Shown here: one piece after another, positions 42,057 through 55,554 of the stretch
Numbering within the stretch: the stretch's first letter is position 1
Layout: each line of letters starts with the position of its first letter
NCBI GenBank assembly: GCA_951406725.2
Contig: OX597824.1
Location: forward strand, 24,056,001-24,120,000
DNA: 64,000 nucleotides
Origin: Octopus vulgaris
Taxonomy: Eukaryota
Direction of reading: 5' to 3'
The notes under the pieces: generated by a model
What the model saw: only the letters and a program-made list of their open reading frames with translations
What the model was told of the DNA's origin: nothing
Database searches by the model: none
Made by a program: the position numbers and the translations under genes

Positions 42057-42254
42057 GCCATGATAGATCGTTAGCCACTACACACATTTTTCTCTCCTTG
42101 TTTCTCTCCTTCTTTTTTTCTGTGTCCCTTTCTGTAGAAGAGCGTAGGCTCGAAACGTAAAAGACCTTTTCTATTCCTGAGCGTTATACTAATACACCTG
42201 TTCGTTTTGTACACCACCTGTCTTTGTCTTTTGTTTTTTCGTAAACTCTCTCCC
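42057..42254 (+). mobile_element. Family D repeat with hammerhead-like motif at 42128-42163
   Basis: CTTT-CTGTAGA-A-GAGC(GTAG)GCTC-GAAAC-GTA/AAAG. Confidence 0.75.
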
Positions 42255-42319
42255 TCTCTCTCTCTCTCTCTGTCTGTCTCTGTCTGTCTGTCTCTCTATC
42301 TCTCTCTCTCTCTCTCTCT

Positions 42320-42355
<36 letters not shown>

Positions 42356-42363
<8 letters not shown>

Positions 42364-42625
42364 AATGAAGGGAGTAAAGAATTTAAGCGTTCAAACTTTA
42401 TGTTTATTTCCAGCTGGAATAAAAGTCCAACACGTGTTTCGATCGCACCAATCGCATATTGTTGCATATTCATATCCAGCGATTTATAAATGCATACATC
42501 ACGGCATATGAATATGCAACAATATGCGACTGGTGCGAACGAAACACGTGTCGGACGTTTATTCTAACTGGAAATAAACATGAAGACTAAATGTTCAAAT
42601 TCTTCATTCTCCTCATTTTGATATT
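42356..42625. repeat. Inverted repeat with arms of about 120 bp next to (TA)n
   Basis: CGCATATTGTTGCATATTCATAT / ATATGAATATGCAACAATATGCG inner pair; arms contain GAAACACGTGTC. Confidence 0.85.
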
Positions 42626-43107
42626 GTATTTTACACTCTAAGTAGACAAGAAATAAACTGGAATATCGGATGAGAGCTGAAGATAGATTACCAAAAAACG
42701 CACCACGGGAAGAAACCAACATGGGCATTTTACGCACAGATATTCGATATATGCCTAGATATCGTATTCCTCCTAGTTCAACTGTGCAGAAAACAAAAGA
42801 CCAAGACAGGTGTATGAACAACAAGCACGTGTACTAGTTTAGCACTTGGGAAGAATAGAAAAGTCCTTTATGTTTCGAGTCTACGTTCTTCGATTATATA
42901 TATTTATATGTAACAACAAACTGTCGAGGCGTCGAGGTCTTCACATCGTCTTGGCTTAAAAACCCTCACCGTTTGTTTTTACTGTCTTGTTCTCACTGTC
43001 CTGTTCTTGTTACCTCTTGCACCCTCCACAAAAAATCCCAAATTTTATTTAACTTGCTTTGCGGGAATGACTGTTTCAAGGAAGTCGGAAGTCGCGTATT
43101 GTCCATG

Positions 43108-43262
43108 CCTTCGAACGCGGAGTAGATGAAACAGGGACAACTGAAGAAGGGGGATATTCTTTATGTTGTATGTCTCGCTTCTCTGTTTCTTTTTGTTTTT
43201 TTTTTGTTTTTATGTTTTCGTTTCTCATAGTTTTCAGCGTTTTTTGATGCCCTGTGCCCATA
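43108..43262 (+). repeat. Family F short repeat
   Basis: Matches 35157-35336. Confidence 0.75.
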
Positions 43263-43554
43263 TATGCAAGTATATATACATATATATTTATATATGTAGG
43301 TATGTACATATATGTATGTATATATGCATATATTTATATATTATTTATATTATTATATGATCGAAAGCCTTTTCCAAGTAAGAGAGAAAGAGAGAGGGAA
43401 AACAGACAGATGAGAATGAGAGAGAAAGAGAAAAAGGCAGACAGTTGCGCATGTGTGTGTGTGCGTGTGTGTATATACATGTGTATGTATGTATATGTAT
43501 ATATACACATTTAAATATTATATATATATACATACACATATATATATATATATA

Positions 43555-43636
<82 letters not shown>

Positions 43637-43862
43637 AATATATGTATGTATTTATGTATGTATGTATGTATGTATGTATGTATGTATATGTATATCTATA
43701 CTGAGTCCGTATTTAGAACTAAACTGATCCGATGTACTTTTCCATCTACTTCTCTCTCTCTCTCTCCTTCTCTCTCTCCTTCTCTCTCTCCTTCTCTCTC
43801 TCCTTCTCTCTCTCCTTCTCTCTCTCCCTCTCCATTATATACAAAGGGAGAGAGAGAGAGAA

Positions 43863-43898
<36 letters not shown>

Positions 43899-44220
43899 TA
43901 GAGAAAGGCAGAACCAGGCAGACAGTGAGACCAGCAGACATGACATTGTTCCGTTCGATTCGGTCCAGTCGGCAAGGCAATGTTGACGATGTAACACATT
44001 GCTGAGATGAGGTCCTTTCATTAATGACGTTGTTAAATATATTGATTTATGAGTTCGTCATTAAATAATAACAACAACAACAACAACAACAACAACTTTA
44101 TTGGCGAGTGATGTATAGAGACAACTAGGGAAAGATATAGACTTATGTACATTTTATGTGTGTGTTTGTGTGTGTGTGTGTAGTATGTGTAGCACAGATG
44201 TGTTCACATATATGTATATG

Positions 44221-44271
<51 letters not shown>

Positions 44272-44500
44272 TTACATATGCACATGTGTATGTGATATAT
44301 ATGTTCGTGTGTGTGTGTGTGTGTGTGTGTGTGCGTTGTGTGTGTGTATGCATGTGTACGTATATGCGTATATGTATTTACACATATACATAAATGTATA
44401 TATGTATATATGTATATATGTCTGTATATATATATATATATATATATGTGCGTGTTTATATGTATTTATATATATATGTATATATATATACATGCATATA

Positions 44501-44559
<59 letters not shown>

Positions 44560-44563
44560 CTAC

Positions 44564-44603
<40 letters not shown>

Positions 44604-44680
44604 ACATATATATATACATGCACATATACACATACATACAAGGTATGTGTGCATATATACATATACATACATACACACAC

Positions 44681-44788
<108 letters not shown>

Positions 44789-45346
44789 TTGCATATATAT
44801 ATACACACATATATATATATATATATATTTATGTATGTGTGTATGTATGTATATGTATATATGCACACATACCTTGTCTGTTTCCTAAATACGTTTCTAA
44901 ATGAAACTTAAGATGGTGATCATTTCAGAGCATAATCCTATACAAAGGCCAGATGTAAAATTGTCAGAGAGAGATAAAGTTTCGACAGTTTTAATATAGA
45001 ATGGTTGTGATTCACGGTTTCACGCGGGGGTGATTGTCATTCTAGTAGCTGACCTCTAAACAAAACCCCTTGTCGGGCGATCACTCAACTGTGAAGCCCT
45101 GCGTCATAGCCGTTTTGTCTTTAAGTATCCGAACATTTCGACGTGTTTCTCCCTCATTGCTTTTAGCAGTACACACGTTTTACAAGCGTGCATAAAAGCT
45201 GATGAACGATCACCTACCACGCATACACACACACACATACACAGACACACACACACACACAAACGCATACACGCATCACTACACACATTTACTCGTATGT
45301 ATGACGATGTGTATGCAAGTGACATGCGATTAGGTCTTAGTGTATA

Positions 45347-45746
45347 CTAGCAGTATCGCCCGGCGTTGCTCGGGTTTGTAAGGGAAATAACTATATAAGC
45401 ATTTTTAGAGAGTTATAGCCAAAAGATAGCATAAAAATGCATTAAAAATGGAAAAAAAATGATGGTAATTTTTTTTAAAATCGTTGACTCATCGTAGACA
45501 TTTTCAGAGAGTTACTTCCCTTATATAATAGCGAAAAAATGCATTAAAATGGAAAAAAATGATGGTAATTTTTTTTTTAAATCGTAGACTCATCGTAGAC
45601 GCGCGCTCATACCCAGAAGGGCTCGATATGAATCACGACTATAAGATACCCGGTTTTGGTTAAACTGCACCGCAAAATGTGGGAGTAGTTAGGAATCTAA
45701 ATCGTAGGAGACAGACAGCACACAACCTCTCTTTTATATATAAAGA
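45347..45746 (-). mobile_element. Non-autonomous Helitron
   Basis: Minus strand A|TCTTTATATATAAAAG ... hairpin CCCGAGCAACGCCGGG ... CTAG|T; internal direct repeat of about 100 bp. Confidence 0.88.
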
Positions 45747-45904
45747 TGTATACACAGGGATAGGAGACACCCATATAACGTGTTGTGTATGCTTTACTAC
45801 GATCGTGAATTGATCAGTTTAACCTTTGGACATGTGAACAATACGCGTACATTGTATTTGCGTGTGTATGTGTGTGTGTGTGTGCATAAGTATATGTGTT
45901 TGTA

Positions 45905-46292
45905 GGCGTAGCAGTGGCTGTGCGGTAAATAGCTTGCTTACCAACCACATGGTTCTAGGTTCAGTCCCACTGCGTGGCACCTTGGGCAAGTGTCTTCTAC
46001 TATAGCCTCGGGCCGACCAAAGACTTGTGAGTCGATTTAGTAGACGGAAACTGAAAGAAGCCCGTCGTATATATGTATATATGTGTGTGTCTGTATTTGT
46101 ATCCCCAACATCGCTTGACAACCGATGCTGGTGTGTTTACGTCCCCGTAACTTAGCGGTTCGGAAAAAGAGACCGATAGAATAAGTACTAGGCTTACAAA
46201 GAATAAGTCCTGGGGTTGATTTACTCGACTAAAGGCGGTGCTCCAGCATGGTCACTGTCAAATTACTGAAACAAGTAAAAGAGTAAAAGAGT
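45905..46292 (+). mobile_element. SINE family B, full length
   Basis: Collinear with 30575-30990. Confidence 0.92.
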
Positions 46293-46304
46293 ATGTGTGT
46301 ATTT

Positions 46305-46355
<51 letters not shown>

Positions 46356-46540
46356 TGTGTGAGTGCGTGTGTGTTTTTATATTTGGGGATGGTGAGGTCA
46401 GTTGCCAAATGACCACACTCCCTATACACTTGGTCTTCACTTCAGCTTTTTCTTATTTTAGTGTCCATTGTCTGAAATCTTTCGTCACACATCCTGGGAC
46501 CTCTTCAACGCTTCTCCATCCCACATATCTCTTCCTGTTC

Positions 46541-46572
<32 letters not shown>

Positions 46573-46894
46573 TGTATGTATGTATGTATGTATGTATGTA
46601 TGTATGTATGTATGTATGTATGTATGTATGTATGTACGTATGTATGTATGTATGTATGTATGTATGTATGTATGTATGTATGTATGTATGTATGTATGTA
46701 TATGCAAATGTTGTGTGTTTGTGTGTGTGTATGTATGTATAGATTATTTGAAGCGGTGTGCAGATTTTATATATTAAGAAACACAATGTAGTCAGGATAT
46801 AGATAAAAATTATTTATTTCGTGCTTTGGTCCCTTTCAGGGATTCATGATAAAAACATGAAAGGGACGAAAGTGATAAATGAATAAATTAATAA

Positions 46895-47120
46895 ATATTC
46901 TGTTGTGTCTGGGGAGAGTCATTTACTTTTGGTGCCTCATAATTTAACACACTCACCGATAAAATGTCCACATTTCTTTTTTTATTTTTCCTAAAGTTTT
47001 CGTTGCGTCTCGCAACATTTTCCATAGTCAAAATTATTGAAAAGGTTGCAAGATGCAACGAGAATTTTAGAAAAAATAAAATAATAAGTAGAATGACTCG
47101 CCCCAGACACGGCACAATAT
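46895..47120. mobile_element. Fold-back MITE-like element
   Basis: GTGTCTGGGGAGAGTCATT / AATGACTCGCCCCAGACAC and TTCGTTGCGTCTCGCAAC / GTTGCAAGATGCAACGAG inverted pairs. Confidence 0.75.
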
Positions 47121-47282
47121 GCTTCAACACGCGAACACACATGAAGAATCTTGCAAACCAAATCCAAACACGAGATAAATAAGTAAATTTAATCGAAATC
47201 CTAACTACCTTGTTTTCCTTTACACACACACACACACACACATACACACACCTGCATATATAATATATATAATATATATGTA

Positions 47283-47520
47283 TACTAAGCAATAAAGGGT
47301 TTGGCAACAATTGCCTTACCACATACCGAATTTAGAAATAGCAGTCAAAGAGTTATAGCTATTTCTAAATTCGGTATGTGGTAAGGCAATTCGTTGCCAA
47401 ACCCTTTATTGCTTAGTATTACTTAAATTTTCCTCGAATGAGGCTTTTACATGCCGAAGACTACTTGGTGTTATTGATAATTATTCCAAATTAATTAATT
47501 TCACCCTTCATTATTACTAA
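47283..47520. repeat. TA-flanked element with 60-bp near-perfect inverted arms
   Basis: 47283-47342 pairs with 47358-47418 around a 15-nt loop. Confidence 0.85.
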
Positions 47521-47522
47521 TA

Positions 47523-47605
<83 letters not shown>

Positions 47606-47725
47606 TCGGTTTAAGCAATTAAGATTCAAGTGAGTTCTATTGAATTCACATGAATATGGTACTTGACTTGGATGCACCAGAAATCTATATGGTGCTAACC
47701 ATACGACAAAGTGGGGTGATTACAA

Positions 47726-47824
47726 ATAGGAAAAAACCAACAAGAATGGATCAATATATCGGAACAATTGTTTCGTACGAAACAATTGTACCGATATATT
47801 GATCCATGCTTGTTACTTTTTTCC

Positions 47825-47827
<3 letters not shown>
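47726..47827. repeat. Loopless palindrome of about 100 bp in a TA-flanked element (47605-47827)
   Basis: Perfect core ACAATTGTTTCGTACGAAACAATTGT centred at 47776/47777. Confidence 0.9.
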
Positions 47828-47860
<33 letters not shown>

Positions 47861-47881
47861 TATATATATATATATATATAT

Positions 47882-48117
47882 ATCACACATGATCACACAC
47901 GACCGACCAGGCTATCAGATGTTGCTCCACGTCGCTGGTCACAATGCGCTTCGCATTGTTTTAGCCTTCGAATGACGCCACCCCGCTGGCTAATCGAGCA
48001 GGCCAACAGAATAAAGAGTGAGAGAAAGTTGCGGCGAAAGTGTACAGCAGGGATCGCCACCACCCTGGCGGTGCCTCGTGGAGCTTTAGATGTTTTCGCT
48101 CAATAAACACTCACAAC

Positions 48118-48118
<1 letters not shown>
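47882..48118 (-). mobile_element. Headless SINE sharing the family A body but with a different tail
   Basis: AGAGTGAGAGAAAGTTGCGGCGAAAG..CGTGGAGCTTTAG..TTTCGCTCAATAAACAC matches the family A body. Confidence 0.7.
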
Positions 48119-48165
<47 letters not shown>

Positions 48166-48310
48166 GCATTTGCCGTCTATCTCTTGCATATAAGTGTGGT
48201 AGCATATGTGCCCTTAATTATAATTGTATTCTATACAATTATATATTTCTATTAATGAATCTTACCTAAATGGTTACTTTTCAAATGTCGGTCACTGTAT
48301 GTATGTCACA

Positions 48311-48342
<32 letters not shown>

Positions 48343-48624
48343 AGGCAAATAAGAAAATGGAGAGGGTAAACAATCGACTAACGTCAGTCTGTAAACATTC
48401 ATTTATATCTATTTATTAATTGATTACAATGACGTGTATAAGTGATCCGAATAAACGAATGAAATTTGCAAACTAATAAGTAAATGAATGGATAAATAAA
48501 GATCGATATTGCCCTGCAATAGTAAGTACTTGGATATAAATACGTAGGTATACATCCAGTAGTATATTGGATATGTACTATCCATTAAATGGTTGATTAA
48601 CCTTTAATTCATACAGACATATAT

Positions 48625-48711
<87 letters not shown>

Positions 48712-48758
48712 TTTATATATATATGTATATATAGATATATATGTATATATATATTTTG

Positions 48759-48797
<39 letters not shown>

Positions 48798-48837
48798 AGA
48801 TAAAAGATAGCAACAATTGTAACAATAATAATAATAA

Positions 48838-49193
48838 AAATAAGAAGGCAACACCAACGCCCTCTCAACGATTAGCCGGAGATGATTTTTAAAATGAGAA
48901 TATCTGAAATCAAATCGACTGCTCTCACAAACGAGAATACTAAAAATGAACCCGACCACTCTCAAAAATTAAGTAAAAAAAAAAAAAACAGGAAAAATTA
49001 ACCCAGAATCCTTGTCCGGAACTAGATCGATCCCCAAGTCTAATCTATTCTTGCCAGTCACGAGGCCAAACATCCCTAAACATTTCATCCGAATCCATCC
49101 AGCGGTTCTTGAGATATCTTGTCCACAGACAAACAAACAAAAAACCAAATGCGACTGAAAACAATACCTTCGCCTTCGCTAAGGCGTGGGTAA
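48838..49193 (-). mobile_element. Helentron-associated (HINE/DINE-like) non-autonomous element
   Basis: Minus strand TTACCCACGCC..GGCGAAGGTATTGTTTTC..(TTTG)n TCTGT..GATATCTCAAGAAC..GGATTCGGATGAAA; subterminal inverted ACCCACGCC/GGCGTTGGT near the 3' end; T-rich termini. Confidence 0.65.
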
Positions 49194-49224
49194 CAATAAT
49201 AAAGCACCAATATCGACAGTAACA

Positions 49225-49507
49225 ACAATTCTATTTCTTCGCCCTTTTCAAGCCTAGCCAGGTTCATGGGCCCGGTTTCCCAAGGACGCCAGTCCATCAC
49301 AGCCTTACTCAAGAAACAGGAAGAGAGAGTGAGAGAAAGTTGGGTCGAAAGAGTACAACATGGATCTCCACCACCCCCTGTCGGAGCCTCGTGCAGCTTT
49401 AGGTGTTTTCGCACAATAAACACACACAACGCCCGGTCTGGGAATCGAAACTGCGATCCTCCGACCGCTAGTCCACTTCCCTAACCCCTGGGCCATTGCG
49501 CCTCCAC
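49225..49507 (-). mobile_element. Diverged family A-related tRNA SINE
   Basis: Minus strand GTGGAGGCGCAATGGCCCAGGGGTTAGG..GTTTCGATTCCCAGACCGGGCG head and family A body. Confidence 0.85.
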
Positions 49508-49704
49508 AGTAACAACAATACCAACAGCTAAAAACGCAACCTTTTCAAAATTGTTCCAGCTCATCTCCCATGCCATCCTCTTGGGCAACGCCTCTTCCAT
49601 CTTGACTGCTGGGACCATGAGGCGATCTGAATTACAAGAAATTGGGGAAAATGTAAGAATTTCGTAGCTTATTTCTTGTAGTTGGTCATTATATAATTAA
49701 GACG

Positions 49705-50113
49705 AGCTGGCAGAAACGTTAGCACGCCGGGCGAAATGCGTAGCCGTATTTCGTTCTGCCGTTACGTTCTGAGTTCAAATTCCGCCGAGGTCGACTTTGC
49801 CTTTCATCCTTTCGGGGTCGATTCAAAAAGTACCAGTTACGCACTGGGGTCGATATAATCGACTTAATCCGTTTGTCTGTCCTTATTTGTCCCCTCTGTG
49901 TGTAGCTCCTTGTGAGTAGTAAAGAAATAGGTATTTCGTCTGCCGCTACGTTCTGAGTTCAAATTCCGCCGAGGTCGACTTTGCCTTTCATTCTTTCGGG
50001 GTCGATTAAATAAGTACCAGTTACGCACTGGGGTCGATGTAATCGATTTGATCCGTTCGTCTGTCCTTGTTTGTCCCGTCTGAGTTTAGCCCCTTGTGGG
50101 TAGTAAAGAAATA
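49705..50113 (+). mobile_element. SINE family C (duplicated core) with long TSD
   Basis: B box GAGTTCAAATTCC twice; TTATATAATTAAGACG at 49689-49704 and 50119-50134. Confidence 0.92.
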
Positions 50114-50404
50114 GGTCTTTATATAATTAAGACGTGAACATTACTAGTTAGTATACTGACCAGCCATGACCACCTCTTTAATACTAGTTTCGAAAACTGT
50201 ACTAATGAGGACAAAATAACATCAGAGACGATAGCTGTACATGTATGACAAGAGCGATAATGACACGGACAAGCGACAGCAACAACAATAACTAGAATAT
50301 CAGCTGCGGTCAGAACAAAGAAAGAAAGGATTTAAAAATTCTTTAAGAACTCGTTTTCGTGGGCGGGGAGCGGGGATTAGTAAATTTAAAACATAAAAGC
50401 GACG

Positions 50405-51145
50405 TCATCATCATCATCACCACCATCACCACTCCGCTACCACAATTATCATCATCATTATTATTATCATTATCATCATCATCATCTTCATCTTCATCTT
50501 CATCGCCATCGTCGCTGTCACCGTCATCATCATCATCATCCTCGTCATCGTCATCATCATCATCATCATCATCATCATTATCCTGATCATCACCATCATC
50601 ATCAACTTCATCGTCACCGCCACTGTCATCATCATCATCATCATCATCCTCATCATCGGCATCGACATCATCATCACCATCCCCATCATCACTCCACTGC
50701 CACAATTATCATCATCATCATCATTGCCATCATCATCATCTTCATCGCCATTGCCATCGTCACCGTCATCACCATCATCATTATCATCATCACCACCACC
50801 ACCACCGCCACTCCACTACTACAATCATCCTGATCTTCCTCCTCCTCATCATCATCGTCATCACCATCGCCATCATCATCACCAAAGCCATCATCATCAT
50901 CATCATCATCATCATCGTCGTCGTCGTCGCCGTCATCATCATCATCATCATCATCCTCATCACCACCGTCATCCTCACCATCAGCAGTGCAATCATCATC
51001 ATCATCAGCCACAGCAGCACCACCACCACCACCACCACCATCACCATTATATCATCATCATCATCATCCTCATCACCACCGTCATCCTCACCATCAGCAG
51101 TGCAATCATCATCATCGTCATCAACATCATCATCACCACCATCAC
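50405..51145. repeat. (CAT)/(CAC) cryptic trinucleotide block with internal segment duplications
   Basis: Directly visible. Confidence 0.9.
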
Positions 51146-51327
51146 AACCACCAAGAACAACAACGACAATCGAAAAACATTTAAAAAAAAAAACAACAAT
51201 AAACACACGAAAAAGCACAATCAACCAAAAAGCAACAATCGTATTCTTCGGCATTTTTGCAAACATTGTATTTTGTAATCCTCGATAAACACAGGGAAAC
51301 TCGCAGAAACACGTGCACACGCGCGTG

Positions 51328-51399
<72 letters not shown>

Positions 51400-51417
<18 letters not shown>

Positions 51418-51549
51418 AACACTTACACACAAATACTTACACACACACAAATACTTACACACACACAAACACACACACACACACACTCACAAACACACAC
51501 ACACACACACACACAAACACTTACACACATATAGGTATGTAAACACACG

Positions 51550-51584
<35 letters not shown>

Positions 51585-51708
51585 ACCCTTCCACAGTAAG
51601 AAGCAGGCATGTATGCACACAGCATACATATGTATGTATGCATCTGCAAAACGTGCATGCATATATATTTGCATAAGTATTTATATATGCATACATGTCG
51701 AAGTATGA

Positions 51709-51781
<73 letters not shown>

Positions 51782-51816
51782 AACACTTACACACACACAA
51801 ATACTTACACACACAC

Positions 51817-51882
<66 letters not shown>

Positions 51883-52067
51883 CTTACACACATATAGGTA
51901 TGTAAACACACGCTCACACACACACACATACACACACACTGAAACCCTTCCACAGTAAGAAGCAAGCATGTATGCACACAGCATACATATGTATGCATGC
52001 ATCGGCAAAACGTGCATGCATATATATTTGCATAAGTATTTATATATGCATACATGTCGAAGTATGA

Positions 52068-52140
<73 letters not shown>

Positions 52141-52181
52141 CACAAACACTTACACACACACAAATACTTACACACACACAA

Positions 52182-52212
<31 letters not shown>

Positions 52213-52434
52213 CACTCACAAACACACACACACACACACACACAAACACTTACACACATATAGGTATGTAAACACACGCTCACACACACACACACACACG
52301 GAAACCCTTCCACAGTAAGAAGCAGGCATGTATGCACACAGCATACATATGTATGTATGCATCTGCAAAACATGCATCATGCATGCATATATATTTGCAT
52401 AAGTATTTATATATGCATATATGTCGAAGTATGA

Positions 52435-52468
<34 letters not shown>

Positions 52469-52665
52469 ACACACATATAGATATGTAAACACACGCTCAC
52501 ACACACGCTCACACACACACACGCGCGGAACCCTTCCACAGTAAGAAGCAAGCATGTATGCACACAGCATACATATGTATGTATGCATCTGCAAAACATG
52601 CATGCATATATATTTGCATAAGTATTTATATATGCATATACTGTATGTCGAAGTATGAATACATG
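51400..52665 (+). repeat. Four-unit tandem repeat (about 220-365 bp) with variable (CA)n spacers
   Basis: GAAACCCTTCCACAGTAAGAAGCA..TGTCGAAGTATGAATAC recurs at about 51582, 51941, 52301 and 52528. Confidence 0.92.
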
Positions 52666-53175
52666 CAAATATGCATACGTATAGCTGTATGCATGTATGC
52701 ATACATGCACAAATCTACACACACGCACAGACATATATGAACATATACTTACATACATCCACATATTATAAGAAGACTCCCTGACTCTAAATAGACTCTT
52801 GCTGTGTATTGTGTTGGATACTGCTATCACACTGTGTTTTCATAGATTATCGGGATCTATCTGGATGGATGGATGGATGGATGGATGGATGGATGGATGG
52901 ATGGATGGATGGATGGATGGATGGATGGATGGATGGATGGAGGGATGGAGGGAGGGAGGGATGGGTGGATGGATGGATGGATGGAGGGATTGATGGATGG
53001 ATGGCTACTTGGATGGATAGCTAGCTGGCTGTCTTGCTGGCTGTCTTGCTGGCTGGATGGATGAATGGATGGATGAGTGCATATGTGTGAATGTACAAGT
53101 CTAGGACATTTACCCCCCCTCCCGATGGACAATAACCCCATCCCCCGCTGGACAATTATCTCTAAGGACAACAGA

Positions 53176-53551
53176 TACTCTTTTTACTCTTTTACTCCTT
53201 TACTTGTTTCAGTCATTTGACTGCGGTCATGCTTGAGCGCTACTTTTAGTCGAATAAAATCTACTCCAGGACTTATTCTTTGTAAGCCTAGTACTTAATT
53301 TATCGATTTCTATTTTGCCGAACCGCTAATTGACGGGGACGTAGACACACCAGCATTGGTTGTCAAGCGATGGCAGGGGGACAAGCACAGACACAAACAA
53401 CAAACACATACATACATATATATACATATAGATATATATATACGACGTGGCTATAGTAGAAGACACCTGTCCAAGGTACCACGCAGTGGGACTGAACCTG
53501 GAACCATGTGGTTGGTAAGCAAGCTACTTACCACACAACCACTCCTACGCC
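53176..53551 (-). mobile_element. SINE family B with internal deletion
   Basis: Reverse complement of family B head and tail. Confidence 0.88.
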
Positions 53552-53929
53552 TATATATAAAGGAGAAAGGGCATAAATAATGCGCCTTACTTGAAGGTCG
53601 TTCAATTGTTTAGTCGATAAATATACTGATTGAGTAAACACAGAACCCAGAACACACCTATAATACGTATCAGAAACAGCTGTAAGTAAAAAATGCACTA
53701 ATAAAGAATTATGTAAAGCCCATTATTTATACCTTCTTTTGTATTCTACTCCGTGAAAAATGAGCAGTTTAACTGCGGAATTCAATCATAGACTTATTAA
53801 ATCAACTGTGGATGTACTATAATCTCAGACTTTGTCGTAGTATTTCCTGGATTTCTTTACAAATCTGAAAGCATTTTGTTAGCCAGGTGTATATGCATTA
53901 ACCAAACTTTGGTATCAAAACCTACCACT

Positions 53930-54302
53930 CACTGCGCCACGGAAGACGCTGCCAGCTACCACCAATCAACAAAAAGGCTGGCCAGGCAGCAAAAACCCTG
54001 CGAGTGTCAAGTCTGCTGGTTCGAGGAGCACAACTATTCAACTCCATTCCGGTACATGTCAGAAATCTATCAGGATTCAGTGTGGAATCATTCAAATTGC
54101 AGCTGGATAGATACTTAAGCACCATTAGAGATGAACCCCATCTCCCAGGATATACACAACGAGCACAAACTGACTCAAACTCGCTCCTACACATGTCAAA
54201 ATTAAACAGAGAATACAACCTGGCAACCACACCAGACTCTGAGGGTGGAGTCTTCGACTTGGCCTGAGCATGGACTCAAACTCAAATGAAATGAAATGAA
54301 AT
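53930..54302 (+). mobile_element. CR1-group LINE 3' fragment with (AAATG)n tail
   Basis: SLLVRGAQLFNSIPVHVRN..SVESFKLQLDRYLSTIRDEP..Y..SNSL. Confidence 0.75.
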
Positions 54303-54371
54303 AACCCAGAGCATGTGAAGTATTTTGCCCGGATTAGCAATCTCTTATCACCAAATCTTTATAATCACGGA

Positions 54372-54860
54372 GGTGTGAGTTCGAGTCTCATAGCCGGCCG
54401 CCAACACTTTTTTTTTTTTTTTGCAAAATAGGTGTAGCTTATTCTGTTCAGGCTATATTATTAGCATTATCCTGCGTTTGAGAATTTTAAATCCCTTCTT
54501 GAATTTTCTAAGACAACTCAACGCTTCTAAAGCAAACTTCGTTTGTTTGTTCATGTTCATCGTAATTTGAATTTAACGTATGATAGCGTCTTATAAAGCG
54601 AGATTTCTATATATCTTAAATTGGCGGAAGAATTTGTGGTGTGAGTGGTTTAGCTTAATGGTGTGAGTTCGAGTCTCATAGCCGGCCGCCAACACTTTTT
54701 TCTGCAAAATAGGGGTAGCTTATCCTGTTCAGGCTATATTGTAAGCATTATCCTGCGTTTGAGAATTTTAAATTACTTCTTTAACTTTCTAAGGCATCTC
54801 AACACTTCTAAAGCAAACTTCGTTTTTTTGTTTGTTTACGTTCATCGTAATTTGAATTTA
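54372..54860 (+). repeat. Direct duplication of about 200 bp (54372-54575 and 54660-54860) beginning with a B-box-like motif
   Basis: GGTGTGAGTTCGAGTCTCATAGCCGGCCGCCAACAC occurs twice. Confidence 0.85.
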
Positions 54861-54889
54861 TACATATATAGTAAAAGAGAGAGAAAACA

Positions 54890-55553
54890 TTCTCCTTCAT
54901 TCATAGTCGAACACGTTTCTAATTTATCGCTGGGCTGATAGTGGCAAATTGTGTATGTATATATAAAGATATAGAGAGGGGTAGAAGAGCAGTTAAAAAA
55001 AACAAACTCCATGCGTGTTGAATGGCCGTTGTTTTTAAATAAAACAAGGGCCTTTCTCCTTGGTACGAAAATGATGTAAGGCGAGCGAGATAAATGAAGT
55101 CTATTTCAAGGTCAGCGTGGTTAGTGCAAAACCACTCTCACGTTCAATGTACAAACTAAATAAATCAATTTTTTAAAAATTAATTTAATTTAAATAAGTA
55201 CATACTACGATATCACTTGTATACTCCATATTCTGAGAAAATATACGCAAACTTTAAAATATATACTTACCTTCATTTATCCACATCGATTCGTAATTCA
55301 AGGTATACTATATTTTAACTAGTACAAGAGAGAGAGAAGAGAGTCATGCTTCTTCATTCATAGTCGAACACTCTTCTAATCTGTCGCTGGGCCGATAGCG
55401 GCAAATTGTGCATGTATGTATAAAAATATAGAGACGGGTAGAAGAGCAGTTAAAAAAACACAACTCTATGCGCGTTGAATGGCTGTTGCTTTTAAATAAA
55501 TCAAGTGCATTTCTCCTTAATACGAAAATAATTTAAGGCGAGCGAGATAAATG
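54890..55553 (+). repeat. Direct duplication of about 205 bp (54890-55097 and 55350-55553)
   Basis: CTTCATTCATAGTCGAACAC...TAAGGCGAGCGAGATAAATGA occurs twice. Confidence 0.85.
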
Positions 55554-55554
55554 A

